The translations under genes and the position numbers were made by a program. A DNA stretch of 63,158 nucleotides, filler included, from Octopus bimaculoides (taxonomy: Eukaryota): the NCBI RefSeq assembly GCF_001194135.2. It is 5 parts of 5 records of this genome, joined end to end, with 100 filler letters (N's around TTAATTAATTAA, not from the genome) between each part and the next. Parts side by side here need not be neighbours in the genome. Positions count along the whole stretch, not along the records: positions 21,135 to 25,870 come from NC_068999.1; positions 25,971 to 47,709 come from NC_068998.1; 3 more parts are not named here. The stretch is one strand, 5' to 3'. Below, one piece after another: positions 21,079-32,460 of this stretch. How positions within the stretch are numbered: position 1 is the stretch's first letter; every line of letters begins with the position of its first letter. The notes beneath the pieces were generated by a model. The model ran no database searches. It was not told where the DNA came from and was given only the letters and a program-made list of their open reading frames with translations.

Positions 21079-21090
21079 TTAATTAATTAA
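21079..21090. other. Artificial scaffold linker TTAATTAATTAA inside a 100-bp N gap (also 25915-25926, 47754-47765, 54982-54993)
   Basis: Each is flanked by exactly 44 N on both sides, and the 12-mer gives stops in all six frames. Confidence 0.97.
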
Positions 21091-21134
21091 NNNNNNNNNN
21101 NNNNNNNNNNNNNNNNNNNNNNNNNNNNNNNNNN

Positions 21135-21166
<32 letters not shown>

Positions 21167-21197
21167 TACATATTTATATATATGTATATATGTGTAA

Positions 21198-21710
21198 CAT
21201 CATCATCATCATTTAACGTCCATTTTCCATGCTGACATGGGTTAGACGGCTTGAGTGGGAATGGTCAGCCAGAGAGCTGCACCAAGCTCCAGTCATTTGT
21301 TTATGCTTGATTTCTATAGCTGTTTGCCCTTCCTAATGCCGACTTTACACAATGTACTGGGTGTTTTTTTTATGTGTCACCAACACTGACAATGACCGTG
21401 ATTCACTTAACTTGACATGTCTTCTCAAGCATAGCAAATTGCCAGACATCTCAGTCACTTGTCATTGGCTCCTTGAGACTCAACAACTGAAGATCATATT
21501 TCATCACCTTGTTCCATGTCTTCTTGGGTCTACCACTTCCACAGATTCCCTCCACAATTAAAGATTGACACTTCTTTATGCAGCTATCCTCATCCATATG
21601 CATCACATGACCATACCAGTGCAGTCTTCTCTCATGCACACAACATCTGATGCCTCTTATACCCCTTTTTTCTCTTAAAACAATTACACTCTGTCACACA
21701 TGCACAAGTG
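21198..21710 (-). mobile_element. RTE-clade LINE 3' end with (GAT)n tail
   Basis: RGIRCCVHERRLHWYGHVMHMDEDSCIKKC..L.VEG..G.GRPKKTW..V...DL (RTE C-terminus); the 3' UTR ends CCATGTCAGCATGGAAAATGGACGTTAAATGATGATG. Confidence 0.9.
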
Positions 21711-22270
21711 TTAATCTACAAATATAAATTGTACACTATGTATTGAGTACATTTTTATTTATTTGTAGACATAAATGTATGCACATACAAACACGCTCAC
21801 ACACACATATATATACACATATGTGTGAAGAGCATTGTAGTTTGTTTAAAGCATTGTTATGCAAGAAAACATATAAAAGGTATCATGCAGAGATTTTCTT
21901 ATAATGCAAAGAGAAAATTATTGATTTAGTATTTCCTTATGTTTTGAGTAAACCACCCTAGGAATCAGAGATCTCCATGCATAGTCCTCAGCAGAAGCAC
22001 CTGTAGCATCATTAGCATCAGAAGAAGTAATAATAGTTGTGGTATTAGCAGCAGTGACGATAGTAGAAGTAGTAGGAAGAATGGTGCATGCGGAAGTACA
22101 AGCAATAGCAACATGGTAGTAATAGTGATTGGAATGACACAAAAAGCACTGATAAAACTGGTTTCTGGCAAAGGTAATGTTGTAACAACTTCAGGAGTGG
22201 CAATGGTGGTGCTAGTAGTCATATGAGTAGTTGTAGTAATGGCAGCAGAAGCATTAGTGACCCCTTGCAA

Positions 22271-22271
22271 C

Positions 22272-22331
<60 letters not shown>
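22271..22331. repeat. (TAG)n microsatellite with degenerate triplet sequence on its left (about 21990-22270)
   Basis: Direct reading. Confidence 0.9.
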
Positions 22332-22333
<2 letters not shown>

Positions 22334-22639
22334 ATGGCTTATGCTAGCCATTAGTCTAAGTCTAACTCAATCAATTACTAATATACAATTTGTGACTTTG
22401 AATAAGAGTGGCTACTTTAATCCACAAATTGCCTATGCACCACACTTTGGCTAGGATTAAGTATCACTATGAATTTTTGAAAATATTTAAATGCATTTTC
22501 TATTGTACTTTTTCTTGGAGAGCATCCAAAAAGAAACATCTGTGAAATTTGAATGATTATTTTAGGAAATATGACAATTTGAATGGTCAACAAATTGGTC
22601 AAAATTTTGCCTAATTTGCCTAAATAAATAAGTAGCTAT

Positions 22640-23627
22640 ATGTGTGATGTCATATCTTTGAAACTGAGGTGATAATCATCTTCAAATTTCACAAAGGTGA
22701 CTATGGTATAGTAGATGCCTTTTCTTTTCAGGTTCTTGGAAAGAAAATTTCACTTTGGGGGAGGCAGGGAGGGCTAATATTTTAAATATGTGTAACAAAT
22801 GGTTGATTTTGCAGTGTTTTCAGGCCTAGCTAAATCCAATACTACAAGCCACAGGAACTTGGATTTTGGCACATTTGTAGTTGGTGTAGAACTAAAGGGA
22901 GAAAAAAAGGCATTGGGGTGGGGGCATGCATACCCTGTGCACAGATAAATTTTTTCGCAAATTATAGTGTGGCTTAGAATGCGTTGCATACCCATGCTTT
23001 TTAATTCTCTTTTTACTTCTGGTATTAAAAAGCAGATGTAAACCTTCGTTTTGATTAATTTTTCAATAAAAAAAAAACCTGATATGGTCTTGGTGATAAA
23101 TAAAACCAATGAATGGGAGATATTATAGGTAAAGGTCAAAGTTCGTGACCTTTTGACCTCTGGTAACCTTTTTACTGAATAAATTTGTTTATCATTTGCC
23201 TGAACTTGTAGATCTTGACCAGACAATCATTTTAAGTGGTCATTTGAAATATTTTAGCGAAGAGTTGCAAGGTTAGAGCTGCTTGAATTTTCCATACCCC
23301 TAATTTTCAGCCTCCAGCTGTAAATCTGGCCGTGGTCAAAAAGTCCATCCCAGTTTTTTTCACTGGCAACATCAATTTTCTAACTTGTTAGACCCAGGGC
23401 TACATGAAAATACTCATTACAGTAAATCATAAGCAGGGTGCACCGTGACCCCCACTAGCCATTGACCTAACAATCAAGTCAAATTTTCCTTATTTTGAAC
23501 CACTCACCCAATAAATATTACTGCCAAATTTGGAGAAAATCCCTTCAGCTGTTGTCCACTAATTTTGCAAACACACAAAGATGACTGACTACGGTACCCT
23601 GCTTTTGCTTACGCGCGCAGAGTAATA
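22640..23627 (+). mobile_element. Helentron-associated non-autonomous element (HINE/DINE-1-like); left boundary uncertain
   Basis: Terminal stem-loop TACCCTGC...GCAGAGTA (23595-23624), inverted repeat AAGCAGGGT(GC)ACCGT (23431-23446) versus ACGGTACCCTGCTT (23591-23604), and the AGGTCAAA...TTTGACCT and CCAAATTTGG motifs typical of such elements. Confidence 0.55.
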
Positions 23628-24552
23628 AATCCTAAGATTTTGGAACATGACAACATTTCAATAATATTCTAATGGACTTTTGAAAATGGTTATAAATGGC
23701 GGAATTTCAGATCTGGACGCCTCCATAAGTTCGATTTTCTCCGTTTTGACGGAAATATTTTCCATTAATTTTTTTTTTTTTTGCATCACTGTCTTGGAAA
23801 ATGGGGTTAAGCTTTTTATGAAAAAGAATTATGGAAAATTTATGATTCCCCCCTCCTCCTCCGGACCGTTTTTGGCCACTTTTGTTTGCACTACGCACCA
23901 AACGATGAGAGTAGCCTTTTCGAAAAAAAGAAGAGTTTTGAAAATATTTTCAAACGAAAAACAGTGTGATTTAAGGAAGATTTAGCTGTTGTTTCTAGCA
24001 TATCTCACAACCACATCATACTTTTCTCAGAATTGCATGTAGACGTATATTAAAAAAAAATGTGAAAATTAATTCCTTGCTTTAAGCATTAAAAGCATAA
24101 ATTAAAGGCATATGTAACTTACTGCAAACTGGAGTGGGAAAGAGAAAGAGAGAAAACGAATATGTAAACACTGGCATAAATTATCCCCACTGTATCCAAA
24201 ATCGCCAAAAAAACATCATATCTGCCTTTAATAGCCTACAAAATTATTTCCATTGCACAATATAATTTATATTGGCGGAATCTGACCAATATTTCCCAAA
24301 GAAAAACGAAATTTATATGTACGAGAACAGCTCTCCACATGTTATTTTGAGCAGCGAGAGGGAATAAACAACTTTCTCAATACTACTTTAGGAGAGTGGG
24401 TTATATATCTTTAGATATACACCTAACTTTCCTACATTAAATTGGAAGAGAACTGAACGCAGAAACTCCAAACTGATCAACAACAACAAATATTTATTGT
24501 TCGGTGGAAAATAAAACAGCTTCTAATTGTCCGGTTTTAGAGTAGCCTGAAA

Positions 24553-24757
24553 TGTAGATGTACGGTTCTTCGAGCTGGTGTCGTTATAGAGACAACTTGG
24601 TTCAACCACACTCAAATGGGAGAGCTTGCTTGGTCGCTGTCTGGCTTGGTAAGAGACAGTCTAGTAGCGCGAACGCTTCGATGTTTAAACCCACGCATGC
24701 GTGGTTAAGGATTCAGCAATGGCGTCGGCCTTTTGGCGCCAATGTGACGTCACTACA
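24553..24757 (-). mobile_element. Putative 3' LTR of the Ty3/Gypsy element (distal end tentative)
   Basis: On the minus strand the purine tract AAGGAGGAGCCAT (24758-24770) precedes TGTAGTG..; the plus-strand TGTAG at 24553 gives TGTAG...CTACA termini. Confidence 0.6.
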
Positions 24758-25870
24758 ATGGCTCCTCCTTGAGTGTGAAACACGAAATTAAAAACTTTTG
24801 GAGGGACGTCTGAGGCAAGATGGCCATCGAAACCACACAGAAAATGCGACACAAATATATATATATCAAACACTCGGTTTTATCTTCACTGTATGAGTGG
24901 GACATCCCCTCACGGAAAATAGCAAGAGCCAACCGACTAAGATACCTAGTACCAGGCAACAGGTCGAAACTGGCATCGATGCTCAACCACAGCTCCGCAA
25001 CTGACCACGACTTCCTGAGTACAGACACTCCAAATCAACACACTCGGTTTTGTCGACTCTGTTAGAGTGGATGTTTTCACTCACGATAAAACAGACAAGA
25101 ATTACAGCCTGCGACTTTCCAATTGTGTACTCAAAGAACTTGGTATAAAACTCTTACGTGTTCTGACTTTCTTTCTGCTGTGANNNNNNNNNNNNNNNNN
25201 NNNNNNNNNNNNNNNNNNNNNNNNNNNNNNNNNNNNNNNNNNNNNNNNNNNNNNAACACAATAAATCAAACGTAAATAGTTTTTTCCAATTTCTTGGGCC
25301 AATGCACCGTCCTGCCAAACCTAGTGACATAAGGTTCGCTAGGGTTCCTTTGCAACGACGAAGGTGGTGTAATCGTTGGTGTGTGCTATTGTGATGGTGC
25401 TGATGTTGGTGTATGCATTGGTAAAGGCGTTGACAATGTGTGTGGTGATAGTGGTGTGTGCGGCATTTGAAACACGGGAGTTGAAGGTTTGTCAAGGTAC
25501 GCTTTTTTCAAACGGTCGACAGACACAATTTCTGTACGACCATTAGCGTCGACCTTGAAAAACTTTGGAGTGCGAGAAAGCACACGATAGGGTCCTTTGT
25601 AAGGAGAAACAAGGGGCCCTTTGACAGAATCATCCCTAATAAACACATGAGACCAAGACTCAATGTCTGCTGGCACCCTAAAGGGAGGTGACTGTTGTCT
25701 GGGGCCCATAGATGGAAGATTGGAGAAATACTCTCGCAACCGAGTAACATAGGACTCTGGGTGTGGTGGTTGTGATGAGTCTGGTACCACCATCGCACCT
25801 GGCAACGTCAACGTGGTGCCGTAAAGAAGCTCCGCCGAGGAGTAACCCAGGTCAGCTTTTACCGCAGTCC
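24758..25870 (-). mobile_element. Ty3/Gypsy LTR retrotransposon: integrase C-terminus, 3' UTR and PPT
   Basis: TAVKADLGYSSAELLYGTTLTLPG ... HVFIRDDSVKGPLVSPYKGPYRVLSR..KFFKV...G..EIVSVDRLKKA (GPY/F module) ... VTRFGRTVHWPKKL. Open reading; cut at the linker at 25871. Confidence 0.92.
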
Positions 25871-25974
25871 NNNNNNNNNNNNNNNNNNNNNNNNNNNNNN
25901 NNNNNNNNNNNNNNTTAATTAATTAANNNNNNNNNNNNNNNNNNNNNNNNNNNNNNNNNNNNNNNNNNNNGAGA

Positions 25975-26315
25975 GATAAATTCTTGGCAACCTTATGTAC
26001 CTTTTTCCAGTGAAATTCTTCACTGATATCGAAAAAGTGAAAACAAGCAATGTTAATTCTCTAAACGAGGTATTAACAGTAACTGCACGATAAAGTGAAG
26101 TATATTGCCACTTAAATGTGGCTGACCCCTAGGGGTGGATGTTACTGTTGCTTTTAGCCCCAGGAGGACATCTCCTCCAGCTGGCTTATCGACACACTTC
26201 TGTGTCCTGTTTGTTTTGCTAAGGGAAGTTATCCCTCTCATCGTGATATGTAGCACGAACGGACTCAAGTTTCAGATCGGTGGCTATCGGACGCTGACGA
26301 AGGGAAATAACCCTG
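25975..26315 (+). mobile_element. Penelope-like 3' end/pseudo-LTR ending in a truncated hammerhead motif
   Basis: Ends GGACG-CTGACGA-AGGG(AAATAA)CCCT-G, then switches to SINE C. The upstream remnant reads VNSLNEVL (N.RNE-like). Confidence 0.55.
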
Positions 26316-26385
26316 GGAATCGAAGCCGCGATTCTACGTTCGCGAATCCGCTGCCCTAACCACTGGGCTATTGTGCCCCCACGCG
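26313..26385 (-). mobile_element. SINE family C, head only
   Basis: Reverse complement of GGGGGCACAATAGCCCAGTGGTTAGGGCAGCGGATTCGCG..ATCGCGGCTTCGATTCCCAG; compare 17230-17300. Confidence 0.88.
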
Positions 26386-29164
26386 GGCGCGCACATACCC
26401 GTTTCTATTTTTGATACCAATTTTATGAATACGTATATGCAATGGACACGGGTATTTGGCTGATAAATTGCAGAAAGATGACTCTTTGGAATAGTAGATA
26501 ATTCAATATTTGACCATTCATCTTCAAACATTAAAATATAACATGCGACGCTACAAATGACCATTTTGCATCGACCCCGTATTAATTTTTGAAGATAAAT
26601 ACTGCATTTAGATAAGTTTCGCCCAGAATCAGTCCAGTCGATGACGAACAGAGTATTATCACCTGAGAAGGTATTTTATGATGCTTCATATTACAGTCAT
26701 ACTTTATGCATCATAGTTCAGACGAATAAAGAGTCATTGCATGCAGAAAAAATAAACCTGGGCGTAAGTACTTATATGGAATTTGTGGAAGTATTCACCC
26801 TGGTACCGATTGAATGTAAAGGGATAATTTCCTTCTCCCTTATGCTTGGCAGGCTTTTAAGGACAGACCCAGAAAATCTTTGTTTTCATAGTATCATAAG
26901 TATGATATTGTTATTATATTAGAATGGGTTACAAGATAAATTCCATTAGAGATTTATTTAGAACTGTTAGACGAAATCTAAGCAATATAGAAAACGACTG
27001 ACACACCTGTTTCGGTAATACAGTCAAGCTGGCAGACATCAATCTATTTTTATACTTGTAACATTTTGCATTGTTGCAACGATGTGGCATTTTAAAATAA
27101 TCAGGGGCCGTATATTTCACTCTGAAAGAAATGCAACTTGAATCAAGATAGAACTACCAATAAAGCTATTATTTAAAGTGCACAAATTTAAAATGAGTGA
27201 GGAGTGTTAGAATTTGTTTATCATATTAAATACTATAATTACTGTCTAGACAATAACGTTTTCACAAAAGAATTTCTTTGATAGTTGTCGGGAAAGAATC
27301 TTCTTATGTTACTTCCAAATAACAATATTAAATCGAATTCTGCCACACTGTTTCTTCCTCGAAGGGGAAGCAGCTAAGTATTAAAATGTCAAATAGAAGA
27401 AAAGAAAACAACTAAACAAAAGAGAAAAAAAAAAAGCAAAATAAGAAGGTTTGTATTATTATTCAAAATGTATTCTTATTTTTTATTGTCTTATTTCTAT
27501 ATATAACGTAAAAATAAAATATCTTATCCTGTTTCTTCGTTTTTCGGATTGCTACATTTGATAAAATCTTTACTTTTAATATCCTAATTCTCTCTTCCTG
27601 TTGTTGGGAAGTTTCCCAGGTGTTATTTNNNNNNNNNNNNNNNNNNNNNNNNNNNNNNNNNNNNNNNNNNNNNNNNNNNNNNNNNNNNNNNNNNNNNNNN
27701 NNNNNNNNNNNNNNNNNNNNNNNNNNNNNNNNNNNNNNNNNNNNNNNNNNNNNNNNNNNNNNNNNNNNNNNNNNNNNNNNNNNNNNNNNNNNNNNNNNNN
27801 NNNNNNNNNNNNNNNNNNNNNATATATATATATATATATATATATACGTATTGAATATATTTGATGTGTTGGCTACTATTGCTAATCGCGCCGATTTTGT
27901 TTCTACCTCTGGTGGTGATGACGCTGGTTGCTGTTGTTGTTGTTGCTGAAAGGTAAATGACAGAGTATTATATGAAATACTTGTCTGCAACAGCAGTAAA
28001 ATATTGTGTTGTTACTCTTAATGTATATATTTTATAGTAACGTAGCCCAGAATTAGTTAACAGTGAAAGAAGATTGTCATTGGCATGGTGCAGCTCTGGT
28101 TATTTCTGTGAGTATAGAATTATTTAATCTAAAATTCCGTTGGTTGTAATGTTCCAAATTATATCTGCATTGCGCTTTCTTATACTGTAAGTTTTTAGTA
28201 GCAAAGAATTCATATATAGTGTAAACATAGCGGCTAATAGTTTCAAATATCTTTAAAATAATTGTTGATAATGATAGCGTAGTTAGTTTACATCCTCTTG
28301 TCATGCGATTATTTATTGATTGAAGCGTTGAAGTAATTTATTCATTTTCTCCCTTAATATAGCCTCGTGTCTCGTAGAATACGGAAACAACAATCAAATT
28401 AAAGCCTAATTACTAGAGCACTAATATCACTACTAAAAACCAGTCTTTTAAAGAAAATCCTTAGATGTATAAGAATATGGATTAATTTGATGGAAATTTG
28501 GCTGCTATTGTTTGCCGCCTGTATTAATAAATAGTTACTGTCTCTTCATGTGTGCTAAGAGCATAGGTCTAAATGGCACTCAACTGTAATACTCGCAAAC
28601 TTATTCCGCATGATTTCTGAGACTTTATAATTTTCTATGGTCTCTTTGTATTTTTGAGAAATATTTTCTCATTGTTGCATTATAATTTGAAGAACAGAAG
28701 TCAATTGTTTAAATGTCTTCTGCTGCATCAGCTTTATTCGTAAAAAAGTGCTTTTCAAAGTTTTATTGATAACGGAATCGAGAGTGCTGCAGAATTTGCT
28801 AAAACGTTGCAGGAATAATATTCACTGCTTAACATTTTTCTTTTTCTATGTACCTAGTATAAATCCTTTACGGTTCACACAACATTCCTTGACTGGTATT
28901 GTTGAATAGTATAGTTCCGCATGAGAATTAGGGACCAATTAAAAGCAATTAAATGGAGATTTCTTTGTTATATATAGTTATATATAGTCTTTTAATATTC
29001 GTATAAGTTCATGTCTTGAATATAGATTGAATATGAAAGAAATACTGAGTTGAGCCAGTATTTGTAGATAGCATTTTATATTTCATCTTTAAGGCTGCCA
29101 TCTTTAATACTTAGCCGCATTTTGTCCTACTTTTTTTTCGGAGTACATATTCCGCTGAGGTCAC

Positions 29165-29258
29165 CTTTGCCTTCCAGCCTTTCCTTTGCGTTCCACCCTT
29201 TCCTTTGCCTTCCAGCCTTTCCTTTGCGTTCCAGCCTTTCCTTTGCCTTCCAGCCTTT
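29165..29258. repeat. 19-bp minisatellite x5 inside a degenerate SINE A
   Basis: Unit CTTTGC(C/G)TTCCA(G/C)CCTTTC, compared with the SINE A segment CTTTGCCTTTCATCCTTTC. Confidence 0.9.
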
Positions 29259-29373
29259 GAGAGCTTAATTAAAACGTACTTGTTGAGTATTGGGGAGGAT
29301 GTAATTGACTTAGCCTTTCCTTAAATTGCTGGCCTTCTTCCAAAAACTTCGAAAGCAATATTTCATGTAAACT

Positions 29374-29585
29374 GAGGCGGCAAACTGGCAGAATCATCAC
29401 CACACTAGACAAAATGTTTAGCGTCATTACGTCCGTTTTTATGTCCTGAGTTTATATTGTGCCGAGATAAAATTTGCCTTTAATCGTTTCGGAGTGGATA
29501 AAATATGTACCATCTGAGCAGTGCGATCGATGTAAAATGGCTAACCTTTTCCCCGGAAACTGCTGATTTTATGCTAAAATTTCAT
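29374..29585 (+). mobile_element. SINE family A, degenerate
   Basis: GAGGCGGCAAACTGGCAGAATC head and TTTGCCTTTAATCGTTTCGGAGTGGATAAA block. Confidence 0.75.
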
Positions 29586-32244
29586 AATTTCATCTAACCT
29601 CGTGTAGTCATTATTACCTTTCATCTTTTATCTTTTACTTATTTTAGTCATTAGACTGCGGCAATGCGGGACACCACCTTCAATATTTTTAGTGGAATGA
29701 ATAAACCCCAGTAACATTTTTTTTCAATATAATATTGCTCGCTGAAATTATTTGTGTAATTACAGCATTTAAGTTATCAATACGTCTTACAGTCATATAA
29801 ACAATGCTCACCAATACATGGAGAATAAAAGTAATATGTAAACTAGTGGAGTATAGTTGATACTACTTTGGTTTTATAGGCGTATTTCTGGTTACAACCC
29901 ATTATCGTTCTTTTCATATTAAGCTAGCATTGATTTTTCGTTGTCGAAAAATGTTAGCAAAGAACAAATAAAATAGAAAATTACAAAATAAAATAAATAC
30001 AAGAAGATGAAATAAATAGAATGATATAACAGATATTTCTATATTAATAATATACAGCGAGGCAGAAATGAAAGTGGAAATACAAAATAAGAATGGGTAA
30101 AATATGCTCTATGAATGAAATATGATGTATGAATTTAGTTGAACTAATTCAATAACGGGTTTCCAAAGCATTATTTACTGTGTGAGCTATTTAACTGTTA
30201 AGATCTAGTGTCATGTATATCTTAGTTAAAATCCGTTAATAGGAAGCGTTGGGTCACTCCGGCAACGGTTTTTAGTAAACTAAAGTAACAAAAAAATAAA
30301 TAAATGACAAAAAAACTGACAGGCAAAACAAAAAAATGTTCAGAAAGAAAACAATGAAAATTATTGGAAAAGAATTATGAAATAAGCAACATTGATTAAT
30401 AAAACCATAGACGTTGTATCTCGAACATTCAAAAAGGTGCAAACACAAAACCACGTATGTTCATCACCCCTTTTCTTCCAGATATTGTGTATTAGAATGT
30501 TTCTTATTTTTAAAATGTAGGATGGTATGATACCGCAACATTTACTAGGGAACGATCTTCAATGAAATGGAAACCATACAGGTTATAAAGTTGCTACATT
30601 GAGAATCCTACACTACCTACAAAGGATATTATGTAATAAATAATATCATTTTGCAATATCCACCTTGCACAGTTCATGTCAAAATATGCACCATATAAGC
30701 TTTTAACCCTTGGTGTACCAGAGAAAATGTATGTCACTAATTATCCTTTTGAAAACCAACACAATAAACACAACTGGAGCGATTCAAGTCATGCCTTAGT
30801 CCGGTACCCGCATTGAAATCACATTTTACCATGCGAGATGTAATGTCAGTGTGGTTAAACTAAAAATACTGATTTGGTGGAAGATCCGATGTATTCCACT
30901 TTCCTATACGTATGTATATAAGAACGCAGAATGCATAAATAATATAGAACGCACCAAATGAAACAAACTCGAAATTTTTGCACTTCTGAAGTTACTACAA
31001 AATATAATTATCTATATTTAGATGAAATCATTTTAGAGGAACATTCCTTGGTAGTGGATAAAAATTGTCCCGTTAATAGAATAATATACAGTGCTCTCTG
31101 TGTCTGCAGCGAAGCAATTTATTAAACTTTGTTCCTCAGTCCAGGACATCATTCAATTCAGTCTAAACAAGTTGATATCATATCTATGTATAGAGGAAAC
31201 ATCTTTAAATCTTAGAAAGTTCAGTTTTCACAAATGCATCCATCATACACCACATTCTCCTTCCCATGTTGTTCATCAGAGGTTCTCAATCTTAAGACTG
31301 TTTGTCTCATGAATAGTTTTATATGTATATGCATATATATNNNNNNNNNNATAAATAGATAGGTAGATAGATAAGTAGATAGAGAGATAGGTAGGTAGGT
31401 ACGTAGGTAGGCAGCTAGGTTGAAAGATCGATAGATAGATAAATAGATACATACATACATACATACATACGTACATACATAGATTATATTTCTGAGCTTT
31501 TATTTCTGAGCTTAGTGTTTGTATGGTTATATTTTATACTTCCTTAAGACGGTCATGTTCATTTTAGACTTCCTATGCGTCGTATCTGAAAGCTTTGAAG
31601 CAAAACAAAATTTTATGACGTTTCCCTTACCATTAGTATGAAAATAGTTTCACAAATATTTATCTTCACTTATTGTCTCTTGACATCTATATATTATTGT
31701 TCTTGTACACCTACTCTATTGCTGTTAACCTCATGAGATATCGATCAATAATTACACAGCATAAATTTGGACGACTGAAAATGCATATCTAAACAATGTT
31801 TTTCGTTGGATAAATGCTTGTTTAAAGACGTCTTGCAATATAGTATAACTTCATGTATAATTTACGTCAGTGATAAAGTTTCTGTTCGTCAATTCTCTGT
31901 AGATATATATCGTATTTCCCAAGAAATATTTCCCATGTCTTGAAGAAAAGGGTGGTATTAATGCGAGAAACACTGCTTTCAACAAGCATTATTTTGATTT
32001 ATGATTGATTGCCAATAAGAAAACATAAAGCAGCTTTTAATACAGATTAATTTCAAGAAATCATAGTCTCATGCTGTGTTTTCAAAACAATATTAAGCGA
32101 GGTAGAGCTATGAGTCAGTGTGATGTGATTTAATGAAAGGTGATACATATATAAAATATCGAACCCTGTGCTGAACATAGATCATGAGCCAGCTTTCCAT
32201 GATACTAAATGCACACGTGAAGATCTCATTTATATATATTACTC

Positions 32245-32460
32245 TTTCATTCTTTTACACGTTTCAGTGCGGCAATGATGGAGCACCGCCTTCAGTGGAA
32301 GAAATCGAGCCAAGGACTTATTCTTTGCAAAACTAGAACATAATCGATCGTTTTGCCGGAACGGTAAATTTCTGAAACATAAGTGCAGCAACATCAGTTC
32401 TCAAGCAATAGTGGTGGGACAAAGATAGACACAAAGGCACACATACGTCAATACACATAT
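32245..32460 (-). mobile_element. SINE family B, degenerate 3' half
   Basis: CTCTTTCATTCTTTTAC..GGAGCACCGCCTT..GGACTTATTCTTTG.. Confidence 0.75.

Noticed and set aside
21918-22351. Thr/Ser-rich, mucin-like minus-strand ORFs
   Set aside because: Contiguous with a (TAG)n tract and best explained as a decayed triplet microsatellite.
28550-28825. About 88 codons on the minus strand with a single TGA (LQRFSKFCSTLDSV...QQ*ENISQKY)
   Set aside because: No recognisable domain, splice boundaries or SECIS; a readthrough or Sec interpretation is unsupported.
29165-29258. Short regular repeats as a CRISPR-like array (also 11621-11687 and about 49445-49495)
   Set aside because: Head-to-tail repeats without spacers, in a eukaryotic context with no cas genes.
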